Source: an uncultured Chloroflexia bacterium (GTDB lineage: Bacteria; Chloroflexota; Dehalococcoidia; DSTF01; JACRBR01). Taken from it: a stretch of DNA of 64,000 nucleotides. The notes under the pieces were generated by a model. That model was not told where the DNA came from, did no database searches, and saw only the letters and a list, made by a program, of their open reading frames with translations. The DNA is taken from NCBI GenBank assembly GCA_963843685.1, contig CAWJLO010000010.1, positions 390,933 to 454,932 on the forward strand. Direction: 5' to 3'. This document shows, one piece after another, positions 49,634 through 59,098 of the stretch. The position numbers and the translations under genes were made by a program. The first letter of the stretch is position 1; every line of letters begins with the position of its first letter.

Positions 49634-50121
49634 CAGAGGTGCTCCTTGTAGGAGTCGAAGGGCGCGTCAGCCTCACCGGTGGGTTTGAAGTGGCGGATGC
49701 TGTTCATGCTCGGGCCGCGCTCTTCCGCGGGCACCCACACGGCCTTGACGCGCATGCCCATACGAACCTCCTGCGCGTCGATCTCCTGTACGAGATGGAA
49801 GAGCGGGATATCCGCGCCGTCGAGCAGGATCGATGCGGACACGTACGGTACGCGCACCGCCTGGCCGGCGAAGGGGATGTTGACGATGCAGAACGTCGTT
49901 ACAGTGCCTGTGTCCGCGACCGGCACCTCTTCATGCGTGGGGACGCCGCACGTCGGACAGGATCCCCGCGGCGGCACGTACACCTTGCGGCACTCCGGGC
50001 AGCGCTGGCCGACGAGCCGCCCTTCGGCGACGGCACCCAGAAAGCGCGACGAGGCCTGACCAGCGACGTATGTGTAGTCGAGTCGGATCGGCGTCTTGAT
50101 GCCGTAGACGCGCGCGGTCAC
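49633..50121 (-). CDS. DUF35 family OB-fold/Zn-ribbon protein
   Basis: CPECRKVYVPPRGSCPTCG zinc ribbon followed by an OB-fold. GTG at 50121, GTGA-coupled to the upstream paralog. Confidence 0.7.
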   Translation of the reverse strand: MTARVYGIKTPIRLDYTYVAGQASSRFLGAVAEGRLVGQRCPECRKVYVPPRGSCPTCGVPTHEEVPVADTGTVTTFCIVNIPFAGQAVRVPYVSASILLDGADIPLFHLVQEIDAQEVRMGMRVKAVWVPAEERGPSMNSIRHFKPTGEADAPFDSYKEHL

Positions 50122-50585
50122 TCCGCTGCCTCCGGCTCGAAGCAGACGATGTCGTGGATCTCGCCGAGAGTCTCGTCCCGCCAACGCGGACGCACGCGCA
50201 TCCCGGTTGACATGCGCGCTTCGGTGCCTGCGTCGACGGCGTGCAGCATTGCGGTGTCGGCGCCATCGAGCTTGATCAGCGCCCAAGCGAAGGGTCGGTC
50301 GAACGGGTGCTTCGGGCGGGGATGATTGACCCAGGCCCACGTCGTGACGACGCCGCCCGGGCCTACCTGCACGAATTCGTCGCTGACGGCGTCGCCCGTT
50401 TCGGGGTCGTACTCCTGCGGCGGAACGAGCACGCGGCCGCTCGCCGTACGCACCCCGACGATGCGCCGCTCTTGTAGTTCGCCGAGGAAGCGGCCAATGA
50501 TCGGCCCGACGCTGCGCGTGTACGCGTACTCCAGTTCGTGCGGTGCAGTCAGCGGAGCGACGTCTGTCGTGTTGCGTTCGATCAT
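50118..50585 (-). CDS. DUF35 family OB-fold protein (paralog; Zn-ribbon cysteines not evident)
   Basis: 155 aa with the same overall architecture as the adjacent DUF35 protein. Confidence 0.65.
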   Translation of the reverse strand: MIERNTTDVAPLTAPHELEYAYTRSVGPIIGRFLGELQERRIVGVRTASGRVLVPPQEYDPETGDAVSDEFVQVGPGGVVTTWAWVNHPRPKHPFDRPFAWALIKLDGADTAMLHAVDAGTEARMSTGMRVRPRWRDETLGEIHDIVCFEPEAAE

Positions 50586-50595
50586 CCCTGCGCCC

Positions 50596-51441
50596 TCATG
50601 CGCGTTGCGCGGCGGCAGCGGCCGTCGTCGGCTGTCGGCTGCCCCAGAACAGCCGATCCGCGTTGGCGTACAGGAACTTGTCGAGCACGCCCTCGCGCAG
50701 ATCCAGCTCCTGGGCCTCCTTCACGCAGCGCTCGAACGAAAGCACCGGGTGGTCAGAGGCGAACATGATCTTGTCCTGGCCGCGCGTGTTCATGAACTGG
50801 ATCAGCTCCGGCGGGAAGTAGCGCGGCGCGTAGGCGGACGTCTGCAGGTAAAGGTTCCGGTACTTGATCATCAGCCGGATGGCGACGTTCCACCACGGAT
50901 CGGCGCCGTGCGCCATCACGAGCTTCAGTTCCGGAAAGAAGACGCACACCTCGTCGAGGTACATGGGATCCTGGCACTTGCCGGGCATGGGCGGGCCGGG
51001 GATACCGGTGTTGATGGCAATCGGCAGATCCAGCTCGATGCACTTCGCGTACACCGGATAGTAGACCTTGTCGTTGGGCGGCAGGTCGATCATGAACGGA
51101 GTGATGCGCGCCAGCACGACGGGCTGATCGCGCACAAGGCGCTCCAGCGCGCGGATGGCCTCCATCCCTTGCCGCGGATCGAGCGAAATGGACAGGACAA
51201 AACGGTCGGGGTTCGCCCGCGGGAACTGGAGCACGTGTTCGGCGGGCTTATCGGCGGTCGTTGTGATGATGGCCTTCTCCACGCCCGCGCGGTCCATCGC
51301 CTCCGTCAGCTCGGCGACAGAGATGTCCTTGAAGATCGCGTCGGCGCGGTTGAAGTAGTCCTCGGCCACGCGCACGAGCCACGGCGGCCGCTCGACTGAG
51401 CCCATGTTCACGTTGACAAAGGTGTCGATGGCGCGTGGCAT
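50596..51441 (-). CDS. Amidohydrolase-2 family metal-dependent hydrolase (TIM barrel)
   Basis: 281 aa with conserved His/Asp positions of the PF04909-like fold (VNVNMG...HGADPWW...FASDHP). Confidence 0.7.
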   Translation of the reverse strand: MPRAIDTFVNVNMGSVERPPWLVRVAEDYFNRADAIFKDISVAELTEAMDRAGVEKAIITTTADKPAEHVLQFPRANPDRFVLSISLDPRQGMEAIRALERLVRDQPVVLARITPFMIDLPPNDKVYYPVYAKCIELDLPIAINTGIPGPPMPGKCQDPMYLDEVCVFFPELKLVMAHGADPWWNVAIRLMIKYRNLYLQTSAYAPRYFPPELIQFMNTRGQDKIMFASDHPVLSFERCVKEAQELDLREGVLDKFLYANADRLFWGSRQPTTAAAAAQRA

Positions 51442-51444
51442 GGG

Positions 51445-52473
51445 TCAGGCCTCGCTCGCGCCGTTCGAGCCTTCGGCCGGAGGCGCGTCCGCGGTGTAGA
51501 ACTGCTTGCACCAGCGGCGGTACACGCCGATCGGCCCGTCGCCGTCGCAGAGCACCGGGCGCGCCTTCATGATCTTGTGTTCCCAGATCGGGATGTCCTG
51601 ACCGAGCTGGCGTTCGATCTCGGCAATAAACGCTTTGCCGACGCCGGCGGTCGCGTCGGCGTTGCCCAGCTTCTTCACCTTGAACGAGAACCGCACATCC
51701 ATGTACTCGCCATCGATCGGCGTCACCGAGGACACCAGCATCGTTTCGACGAGACCGGTGAAACGCACGACGCCGAACCCGAAGCCGTAGTTCGTCGACT
51801 CGATGCCGCCCTCGACCGTGCCCTGCGGCGTGGTGTAGTTGACGGGCGATTTCGCGCGGAAGACGTGGCCATCGACCTCGGCGCGCGTCATCGGCTGCTC
51901 GGGCGTGCCGTGCACGTACTTGAAGTGCGCGGAGTCGACGGCGTTCTCACCCATCTCCTGGTTGTGGGAGCGCACTTTCCAGCGGCGGCGCGTGTAGTCG
52001 GTCCAGTCCGTCGACGTGTACTCGGCGAGGCGCGGCACGTCCCATTGCGGCGCCTGCCCGCCGATGTGGTGCCACAACATGATCAGGCCGTTGGCCTCGC
52101 TGACATGCCAGGGGTCCAGCTTTGCGAGCGGCGGGATCTTGTTGGCGTACGGCACCTCCACGCACTGGCCGTCGCCGTTGAAGCGCCAGGCGTGGAACGG
52201 GCAACGGATGCAGCCGTCCTCCACCTTCCCGCCGTAGCCGAGATGCGCTCCGAGGTGCGGGCAGAAGGCGTCGAGCACGTGGGCCACGCCCGTGCCGTCG
52301 CGGAAGAGCACCAGATGCTTGCCGAAGTACTCCAGCGGCACCACGCCGTTAACCTCAAGCTCGTCACTGTAGGCCACCTGGAACCAGCCGTTGGGAAACG
52401 GAGGGATGGGGAAGCGATAGTCGGGCGGCGCATCCGGGAATTGGACGACGTCTGGGTTGGCCGTGAGAGTCAT
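51445..52473 (-). CDS. Rieske [2Fe-2S] non-heme iron oxygenase alpha subunit (KshA-like)
   Basis: CPHLGAHL...CPFHAW Rieske motif and a D-x2-H-x4-H mononuclear iron motif (DSAHFKYVHG). 342 aa. Confidence 0.8.
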   Translation of the reverse strand: MTLTANPDVVQFPDAPPDYRFPIPPFPNGWFQVAYSDELEVNGVVPLEYFGKHLVLFRDGTGVAHVLDAFCPHLGAHLGYGGKVEDGCIRCPFHAWRFNGDGQCVEVPYANKIPPLAKLDPWHVSEANGLIMLWHHIGGQAPQWDVPRLAEYTSTDWTDYTRRRWKVRSHNQEMGENAVDSAHFKYVHGTPEQPMTRAEVDGHVFRAKSPVNYTTPQGTVEGGIESTNYGFGFGVVRFTGLVETMLVSSVTPIDGEYMDVRFSFKVKKLGNADATAGVGKAFIAEIERQLGQDIPIWEHKIMKARPVLCDGDGPIGVYRRWCKQFYTADAPPAEGSNGASEA

Positions 52474-52488
52474 GGCTCTGCTCCTGCG

Positions 52489-53208
52489 CTACTGGGACGC
52501 AACCGGGTTGGGATAGTGAAGGTCTTCACTGCCATCGGGCGAGAGCTGCCGAAAGAGCTGGGTCACCAGGTGCTCGCGCCGCGCGATCAACGCATCCACT
52601 GACAGCGGGTCGCCTGGCTTGATACGCTCGATCAGCGGCCGGTGGCAGAAGTAACCGATGAGCTGCACGTGCAGGTCGTGGATGAAGAACGCCGGGTCGA
52701 TAGTCCGGATTGCGCCGGCGTCCATCGCGCGCTCGAGCATGCGCATCGCCGGCACGTAGATCGGCTCGACGAAGCGGCTGAAATACGCCTCAGGCTCTGC
52801 CGACTCCAGCAGTTCACGCTCCAGGATGCGGGCGAGGGCGATGTGTTCGGCGAAGAACGCGTGGATCTGGTCGAGCATATACGCCACGCGGTCGCGCTTG
52901 AACTCCCCGGCAAGGAACTCATCCATGACGAGAGCGATCCGCCCGAGCGCCTCGTCCAGCACCGCCTCGTGGAGGGCCTCCTTCGTCGCGAAGTGGTACA
53001 GGACGGTCGTCTTGTGCGTGCTGGCGGCGTCGGCGATCTCCTGCACGGAGACAGCGCCGAAGCCGCGATCAGCGAACAACTCGGTCGCGGCGTCGAGGAT
53101 AGCGCGGCGCCGATCCGAGCGTGGCGCGCGTGTTTCCTCACCAGTTGTCGCCGGTTTTACTACCATTTGGTGAGCGCGAGCATACGCCCGGTGAGGAGCG
53201 ATTGTCAA
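52489..53208 (-). CDS. TetR/AcrR family transcriptional regulator
   Basis: HTH: RRRAILDAATELFADRGFGAVSVQEIADAASTHKTTVLYHFATKEAL. Start ambiguous (TTG 53208 or ATG 53166). Confidence 0.75.
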   Translation of the reverse strand: MTIAPHRAYARAHQMVVKPATTGEETRAPRSDRRRAILDAATELFADRGFGAVSVQEIADAASTHKTTVLYHFATKEALHEAVLDEALGRIALVMDEFLAGEFKRDRVAYMLDQIHAFFAEHIALARILERELLESAEPEAYFSRFVEPIYVPAMRMLERAMDAGAIRTIDPAFFIHDLHVQLIGYFCHRPLIERIKPGDPLSVDALIARREHLVTQLFRQLSPDGSEDLHYPNPVASQ

Positions 53209-53235
53209 GACGTTGGGTGGGGTGGGTGAAGGGCC

Positions 53236-54957
53236 CTAGCTTGACGCCCCGTTGGCCAGCCAGAACATGTTGAGCAGGTACTGGGTCGTGCCGACGCCGG
53301 CGGGGATGTTGTGCACGTCCGGCCAGTACGCCTGGAACATGTACGGCGTCACGAGCGGCAGGTACGCGGGCTCTTTGCCATAGATCACCTTCTGGGCGTC
53401 GTGCACGGCCTTGATCCGCTCGGTCACGTCGATCGTCTCCTTGGTCTTCTCGACGGCCGCTTCTATGTCCGGATCTCCGAGACCGCGCACGTACGTGTGG
53501 TCGCCGAGCGGGCCGGCACTCGTGTGGAAGCCCAGAGGGATCTCCGCAGTCTCGTAGATCTGGTTCAGCGACAGCGAGCAGTGGTAATTCAGCTTGCTGA
53601 AGTTGTCGATCCAGGTCGGCAGATCCTGCGGGTCGTGGTCTATCTGGATGCCGGCATCGCTCATCTGGCCGAGGAAGATGGGGAGGTGCTTGTCGTGCTC
53701 CTCCAGCAGCGTGCCGCTCGGGTACATCATCTTCAGCTTGATGCCGCCGACCTGCTGGACCAGGCTCTTGGCCTCGTCGAGGTTGTACGGCTGATACGTC
53801 TGCTTCAGATCGTCCTGGTCAAGCGCGTAGTCCCCAACGGGCCAGTGCACAAGGCCGTCCGGCCTGGCTTCGCCGCCGTACACGATGTCGACGTACGCAT
53901 CGCGGTCGATGGCGCGGGAGATCGCGCGGCGGGCGCGCGGATCGTCGAACGGCGGCTGTGTTGGATTCATCGCGAAAGCGATGAACGAGAAGTTGGGGTC
54001 GCGCTGGATCACGAATCGATCCGCGAGATCCTTCGCTTCGGCCGCGCTTGCCGGCACGTACCGGTGCAACTGCTTGCTGAGGAACGCGGTACGGGCCGCC
54101 GAGCGGTCGAAGATGAGCTTGACGTCGAGACCGTCGACGTAAGGCAGTTGTTGGCCCGTCCCGTCGTCCTTGCGGTAGTAGTTCGGGTTTCTATCGAACG
54201 TTGCGCCCTCACCCTCGCTGACGGAGGTGAGACGATACGGGCCCGCGCCCGCAGCATGCTGCTCGAGGCGAGAGAGATCGCCAGCCAGCAACTCCCGCGG
54301 CGCGATGGTATTGACGAAGAGTCCGATACGGTTCAGGAACCACGCGTACGGTGCGGTGGTGCGAATGGTGACGGTGTCGGCCGCCGTGTCGACCGACTCG
54401 ATGTACTGGCTGGCGAATGCATAGTTGTTGGCTTCCTTCGTCGACTTGATGCGCTCGATGTTGACGCGCACGTCCTCCGCATCGAGGTCGCGCTCCGGCA
54501 CTCCGAGGTCGTTGGGCGCCACCTTGACGCCCGGGCGAATCTTGAACACGAACGTCTGAGCGTCGGGCATCTCGAGCGAAGACGCCAGGTCGAAGTAGAG
54601 GAATTCAGGCTTCGTGGCGCACTGGTTGACGAGCACGTTGTAGACGCGCGGGAAATATGCGGAGGCGAGGGCGATGCCGATGTGCGGATCCCACGTCCCG
54701 AAGTCGGCGGCCTCCGACGTCTGGAAGCGGCCGCCCCGCACGGGCGTCCCGCCGCCGTTCAGCAAATCAGGGCCATCCGGGACGCTGGTGGCGACCACCG
54801 TGGCGCCGGCGACAGAGCTCGTCTTGCCGCCGCCGCAGCCGACGACCGGGACCATGGCGGCGGCCGCGGCGCCTACACCGGCGGCGCGCAGGACGCTGCG
54901 TCGCGATCGACGCTGCATCACGAATCGTTGCCAATAGCCGTTCGTCTCGCTCTTCAT
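53236..54957 (-). CDS. ABC transporter substrate-binding protein, family 5 (peptide/nickel type), Tat-signal lipoprotein
   Basis: QRRSRRSVLRAAGVGAAAAAMVPVVGCGGG is a twin-arginine signal plus lipobox. 573 aa. No adjacent permease genes. Confidence 0.8.
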   Translation of the reverse strand: MKSETNGYWQRFVMQRRSRRSVLRAAGVGAAAAAMVPVVGCGGGKTSSVAGATVVATSVPDGPDLLNGGGTPVRGGRFQTSEAADFGTWDPHIGIALASAYFPRVYNVLVNQCATKPEFLYFDLASSLEMPDAQTFVFKIRPGVKVAPNDLGVPERDLDAEDVRVNIERIKSTKEANNYAFASQYIESVDTAADTVTIRTTAPYAWFLNRIGLFVNTIAPRELLAGDLSRLEQHAAGAGPYRLTSVSEGEGATFDRNPNYYRKDDGTGQQLPYVDGLDVKLIFDRSAARTAFLSKQLHRYVPASAAEAKDLADRFVIQRDPNFSFIAFAMNPTQPPFDDPRARRAISRAIDRDAYVDIVYGGEARPDGLVHWPVGDYALDQDDLKQTYQPYNLDEAKSLVQQVGGIKLKMMYPSGTLLEEHDKHLPIFLGQMSDAGIQIDHDPQDLPTWIDNFSKLNYHCSLSLNQIYETAEIPLGFHTSAGPLGDHTYVRGLGDPDIEAAVEKTKETIDVTERIKAVHDAQKVIYGKEPAYLPLVTPYMFQAYWPDVHNIPAGVGTTQYLLNMFWLANGASS

Positions 54958-55229
54958 CCGGACTCTCAGAGGCTCGGTCGTTTCCGAAGTGCACTGTGTA
55001 TAGCACTATCGCGCTCGCACCGTCGAGACGCGACGGCGGCGCTCGTTCACGATTTCGCACCGGACGGCCGGTGCACGCGCTTCGGCTTGACGCACAAGTT
55101 GACGAGATCGGTCAGCTTTGGCAGACGGCGCGCAGGGGCGATGGCGCGGACGTGCTCGATGCGCATGGATCGACGATAATCGTGAGTGCGCCGGCGGTTG
55201 TGCCGTCGCCGAACCAGGAGTCGCAGCAC

Positions 55230-57149
55230 GTGACGACATCTCGCGCAATTCAGCCGATCACCGAAGACGATGCAGCCATCGACCACGCGGTCGCGGAGGC
55301 GTTCCTCCCGGCGCTGATCCCGGCGCTTGCCCAGGCGACCGGCGATTTCTCGCTCCTTCGCGAGGATCTCCGGCCCGCAGGCATGGTACCGGGCGTGCCT
55401 CAGGGAGGCATGACGGACGCGCAGCAGGCAGCCGCTCGCGAACTGGCGCTCGACGCAATCAAGCGGCTCCGCGACAACCCGAACGACGTGGCCCCGCGGC
55501 CCGTGGAAGAGGATCTGCGGGCCATCACGAAGTGGATGACGGGCGCCGCCGCCACCGACGAGTACATCCCGTTCCTTATCGAGGAGCTGGCGCCTTCCGA
55601 CCAGGATCCCCGGGCGCCGACCTGGCACGCGGATCCGAACACGAAGTTCCTGGTGGCCATCGTGGGGGCGGGGATGTCAGGCATCCTCGCGGGCATCCGG
55701 CTGAAGCAGGCCGGGGTGCCGTTCGTCATCATCGAGAAGAACGCTGACGTAGGAGGGACGTGGCTGGAGAACACCTACCCCGGCGCGCGCGTCGACGTAG
55801 CCAACGCGTTCTACAGCTACTCGTTCGCGCAGAGGCCGGACTGGCCGAAGCACTTCTCCACGCAGCAGGTCCTGCTCGACTACTTCCGCGACTGCGCGGA
55901 CGAGTACGGGATCCGCGGGCGGATCCGCTTTGGGACCGAGGTCTCTTCGATCGAATTCGACGACAAGGGCAGCATGTGGACGCTGCACGTCCGGACGCCA
56001 GAGGGCCGCAACGAGACGATCGCCGTGAACGCGGTGATCAGCGCCGTTGGCCAGCTCAACCGGCCGAAGATGCCGGACATCAAGGGGCTGGAGACGTTTG
56101 AGGGCCCCGCGTTCCACTCGGCGCGCTGGGATCACTCCGTCGACCTGAAGGGCAAACGCGTCGCCGTGATCGGCACCGGCGCCAGCGCCGCGCAATTCAT
56201 CCCCGTCATCGCGAACGAGGTTGCGGAGCTGACGATCTTTCAGCGGACGCCGAACTGGTTCGTGCCGGTGCCCCACTACCACGACGATGTCGAAGCGGGG
56301 CTGCGGTGGCTCTTCACGCACGTCCCCAACTACGCGCACTGGTACCGGTTCTGGCTGTTCTGGAACACGACAGATGGTTTGCTGCCCGCTGCGACGGTGG
56401 ACGACAACTGGAAGGATCTGTCGCAGGCGGTGAGCGCCGAGAACGACCAGCTCCGCATGCTGCTAACGATGTACCTCCAGGCGCAGTACGCTGACCGGCC
56501 CGATCTCCTCACCAAGGCACTGCCGACATACCCACCGGCTTCGAAGCGGATCATTCTGGACAACGGCATCTGGGCGCAGACGCTGAAGCGCGAACATGTG
56601 CACCTGATCACGGAGCCGATCCAGGAGGTCACGCGCAGCGGCGTCGTCACGAAGGACGGCGCGGAATACCCGGCCGACGTGCTGATCTACGGCACGGGCT
56701 TCCAGGCGTCGCGCTTCCTGACACCGATGAAGGTGACCGGGCGTCACGGCGTCGACCTGAATGAGCAGTGGGACGGCGATGCACGAGCGTACCTGGGCAT
56801 CACCGTGCCCAACTTCCCCAACTTCTACATGCTCTACGGGCCGAACACGAACATCGTCGTCAACGGCAGCATCATCTACTTCTCCGAGTGCGAGGTGCAG
56901 TACGTGCTGGGCTGCCTGCGCCTGCTGCTGGAGCGGGGGCTCAAGACGATGGACTGCCGCCGGGACGTGCACGACGCCTACAACGAGCGTATCGACGCGG
57001 CGAACCTGAAGCGCACGTGGGGTGTCTCGAAGGTGCCGAGCTGGTACAAGAACGAGAAGGGACGCAGCGCGCAGAACTGGCCCTTCAACCTGATCGAATA
57101 CTGGCGCCAGACGCGGGAGCCGAATCCCGACGACTACGTGCTGGCGTAG
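55230..57149 (+). CDS. Baeyer-Villiger (type I flavin-containing) monooxygenase with ~140-aa N-terminal extension
   Basis: FAD Rossmann fold (FLVAIVGAGMSGILAG), BVMO fingerprint (FEGPAFHSARW) and a second Rossmann fold (VAVIGTGASAAQF). GTG at 55230 in frame, preceded by AGGAG. Confidence 0.75.
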   Translation: MTTSRAIQPITEDDAAIDHAVAEAFLPALIPALAQATGDFSLLREDLRPAGMVPGVPQGGMTDAQQAAARELALDAIKRLRDNPNDVAPRPVEEDLRAITKWMTGAAATDEYIPFLIEELAPSDQDPRAPTWHADPNTKFLVAIVGAGMSGILAGIRLKQAGVPFVIIEKNADVGGTWLENTYPGARVDVANAFYSYSFAQRPDWPKHFSTQQVLLDYFRDCADEYGIRGRIRFGTEVSSIEFDDKGSMWTLHVRTPEGRNETIAVNAVISAVGQLNRPKMPDIKGLETFEGPAFHSARWDHSVDLKGKRVAVIGTGASAAQFIPVIANEVAELTIFQRTPNWFVPVPHYHDDVEAGLRWLFTHVPNYAHWYRFWLFWNTTDGLLPAATVDDNWKDLSQAVSAENDQLRMLLTMYLQAQYADRPDLLTKALPTYPPASKRIILDNGIWAQTLKREHVHLITEPIQEVTRSGVVTKDGAEYPADVLIYGTGFQASRFLTPMKVTGRHGVDLNEQWDGDARAYLGITVPNFPNFYMLYGPNTNIVVNGSIIYFSECEVQYVLGCLRLLLERGLKTMDCRRDVHDAYNERIDAANLKRTWGVSKVPSWYKNEKGRSAQNWPFNLIEYWRQTREPNPDDYVLA

Positions 57150-57160
57150 GCGGTCGAACC

Positions 57161-57532
57161 GTGCCCCGCAAGCAGCCGATCGAGCGTGTACGGACGATCT
57201 GCCTCGCGCTGCCGGAAGCCACCGAGAAGCTGGCCTGGGGCGAACCCACGTTTCGCGTGCGCGACAAGATCTTCGCCCAGTTCGAGGACAACCATCACGA
57301 CAGCGGCATCGTCGGCCTCTGGTGCAAGGCGCCGGACGGGATGCAGGAGATGCTCGTGCGCGCCGATCCAGCGCGGTTCTACGTGCCGAAGTACGTGGGA
57401 CACCGGGGATGGATCGGCATCCGCATGGAAGGTGAGGTGCCGTGGGATCACGTCGCGGATCTCGTGCGCGACAGCTACCGCATGACGGCGCCGAAGCGGC
57501 TTATCGCCGCGCTGGAGTCTTCACTCACCTGA
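57161..57532 (+). CDS. MmcQ/YjbR family protein
   Basis: VPRKQPIERVRTICLALPEATEKLAWGEPTFRVRDKIFAQF.... About 124 aa. GTG start 12 nt after the BVMO stop. Confidence 0.55.
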   Translation: MPRKQPIERVRTICLALPEATEKLAWGEPTFRVRDKIFAQFEDNHHDSGIVGLWCKAPDGMQEMLVRADPARFYVPKYVGHRGWIGIRMEGEVPWDHVADLVRDSYRMTAPKRLIAALESSLT

Positions 57533-57535
57533 GGA

Positions 57536-57892
57536 TTACTCGAACCAGACGTCGGTCTGCTCACCCGCGGGCACGCCGAGGATCAACACGTCCATCTCGC
57601 CGTCGGACGTGTGCCACACGCCCGGCTTGATCACCACGAGATCGCCAGCGGCGATCTCTCGCACTTCGCCATCGAGCGTGATCGTGCCACCGCCGCTCAA
57701 GACGTAGTAGTACTCCGTCATCTCGCGGTGGTAGTGCTTCTTGCTGTCGTCGATGCGCAGGTGCGATACGTTGGCGACCGGCGTGTCGTCATGCGTGACG
57801 AGCGTCTTGCGCCAGCCGCAGACGCCGCGCTCTTCCGTCGTCTCCGAGAGCCTGCGGATGATGTACTTTTCGTCCGTCGCACGCGTTGTCAT
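57536..57892 (-). CDS. Cupin domain protein
   Basis: 118 aa with a cupin beta-barrel motif region (HYHREMTEYYYVLSGGGTITLDGEVREIAAGDLVVIKPGVWH). Confidence 0.6.
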   Translation of the reverse strand: MTTRATDEKYIIRRLSETTEERGVCGWRKTLVTHDDTPVANVSHLRIDDSKKHYHREMTEYYYVLSGGGTITLDGEVREIAAGDLVVIKPGVWHTSDGEMDVLILGVPAGEQTDVWFE

Positions 57893-57901
57893 CTCGCCTC
57901 C

Positions 57902-59098
57902 TCAGACTGCTTCAGCCAGTGCAGGCCGCGCGTACTCGTCGAAGCGCGCCGCTACACCGCCCTCGGCAGCATACCCCTGGTGGATGAGCATACGGTGGCG
58001 CAACGACCAGGTCTCGCCTCGCGCCAGCGTCAGCGGGCCGTCGAAGTACGGCAGGTTGGTGCCGACGGGGCCGTAGCCGCGCACAAACCAGGCGTTCGGA
58101 TGGTTGCGGTTCGAAGGATGGTCGAGCATGGCGATGCCGTAGATCTCCTGCTCCTGCCCGCGCGCCCGCGTGAAGGGGCCGCTGCAGTCCGCCCACTCCG
58201 CGCGCTTGCCGAAGCAGTTTGGCGAACCCGTAAGCCCCGTCGAGAGTGTCATCGTCCCGCCGTCCCACTCATCGATGATGTCGGCGACGCGCATCAGCGG
58301 CAGCGCGTTCTCATTCGTCTGGCCGAACGTGACGGCCTCGTCGTGCGGCGTGAAGTCGGCCTCGATGTCCCACAGCCGCAGCCGGCCGCGGAGCCGGTAC
58401 ATGCGGAAGCGCCGTACGTCGTCGAGCAGAACGCGTCCGTCGGGTGCGACCCACTGCGCGCGCTGCTGGAACCCGCCCCACACCGGGCCGGACCTCACCC
58501 AATCGAACGAGCGGTGCACGATGTGGCCATAGCCCGTGCCAACGTGCGGGCCGTATCCCGCGTTCATCGCCGCCGGCTCCAAGTAGAAATCGACGCCATT
58601 CAGATCGCCGCAGGCGTACCAGAGCGAGCGGTGCCACGTGTGGTCGGGCGGGCCGTCATCGGTGATCGACTTCGGCTGCGATCCGTCGGTGCTGCTAACG
58701 CCGGAGTTCGGCCGGCCGGAGGGGGCAACGTTAGGCGCGAAGCGCGGGCGGTAGTTCGGCATGCCGTAGTGGTAGATGGTCTGGAGCAGGCCGCCGTAGT
58801 ACACGACGATGCGGCCGTTTTCCGGCTGCTCGTCCATCAGTATGCCGCGCTTCACGTCGGCGCTCTCGGCTGATGACCGCAGCTCGTACGAACGCTGCTC
58901 GCCGACCGGCAGATCGGCGACGTACCACGATACGCGCGGCGCGCCCGTGACCTCGTCGATCTGCGCCGGCGTGGCGTTGCCGGAGCTGTCCACCATCTCC
59001 CACGCATCGCCGGGCGGCGGCGATCCGGGCAGTATGGCGTCCGCCACGAAGTTCGCGCGCGGCGTCGCCACCGGGCCGAGCCTGATCGTCGCCGTCAT
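57902..59098 (-). CDS. Conserved hypothetical protein (possibly PmoA-family/DUF6807), coupled to Gfo/Idh/MocA oxidoreductase
   Basis: 398 aa from the ATG at 59098, overlapping the upstream stop (ATGA). The family name is recalled from the typical genomic association and was not verified. Confidence 0.5.
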   Translation of the reverse strand: MTATIRLGPVATPRANFVADAILPGSPPPGDAWEMVDSSGNATPAQIDEVTGAPRVSWYVADLPVGEQRSYELRSSAESADVKRGILMDEQPENGRIVVYYGGLLQTIYHYGMPNYRPRFAPNVAPSGRPNSGVSSTDGSQPKSITDDGPPDHTWHRSLWYACGDLNGVDFYLEPAAMNAGYGPHVGTGYGHIVHRSFDWVRSGPVWGGFQQRAQWVAPDGRVLLDDVRRFRMYRLRGRLRLWDIEADFTPHDEAVTFGQTNENALPLMRVADIIDEWDGGTMTLSTGLTGSPNCFGKRAEWADCSGPFTRARGQEQEIYGIAMLDHPSNRNHPNAWFVRGYGPVGTNLPYFDGPLTLARGETWSLRHRMLIHQGYAAEGGVAARFDEYARPALAEAV

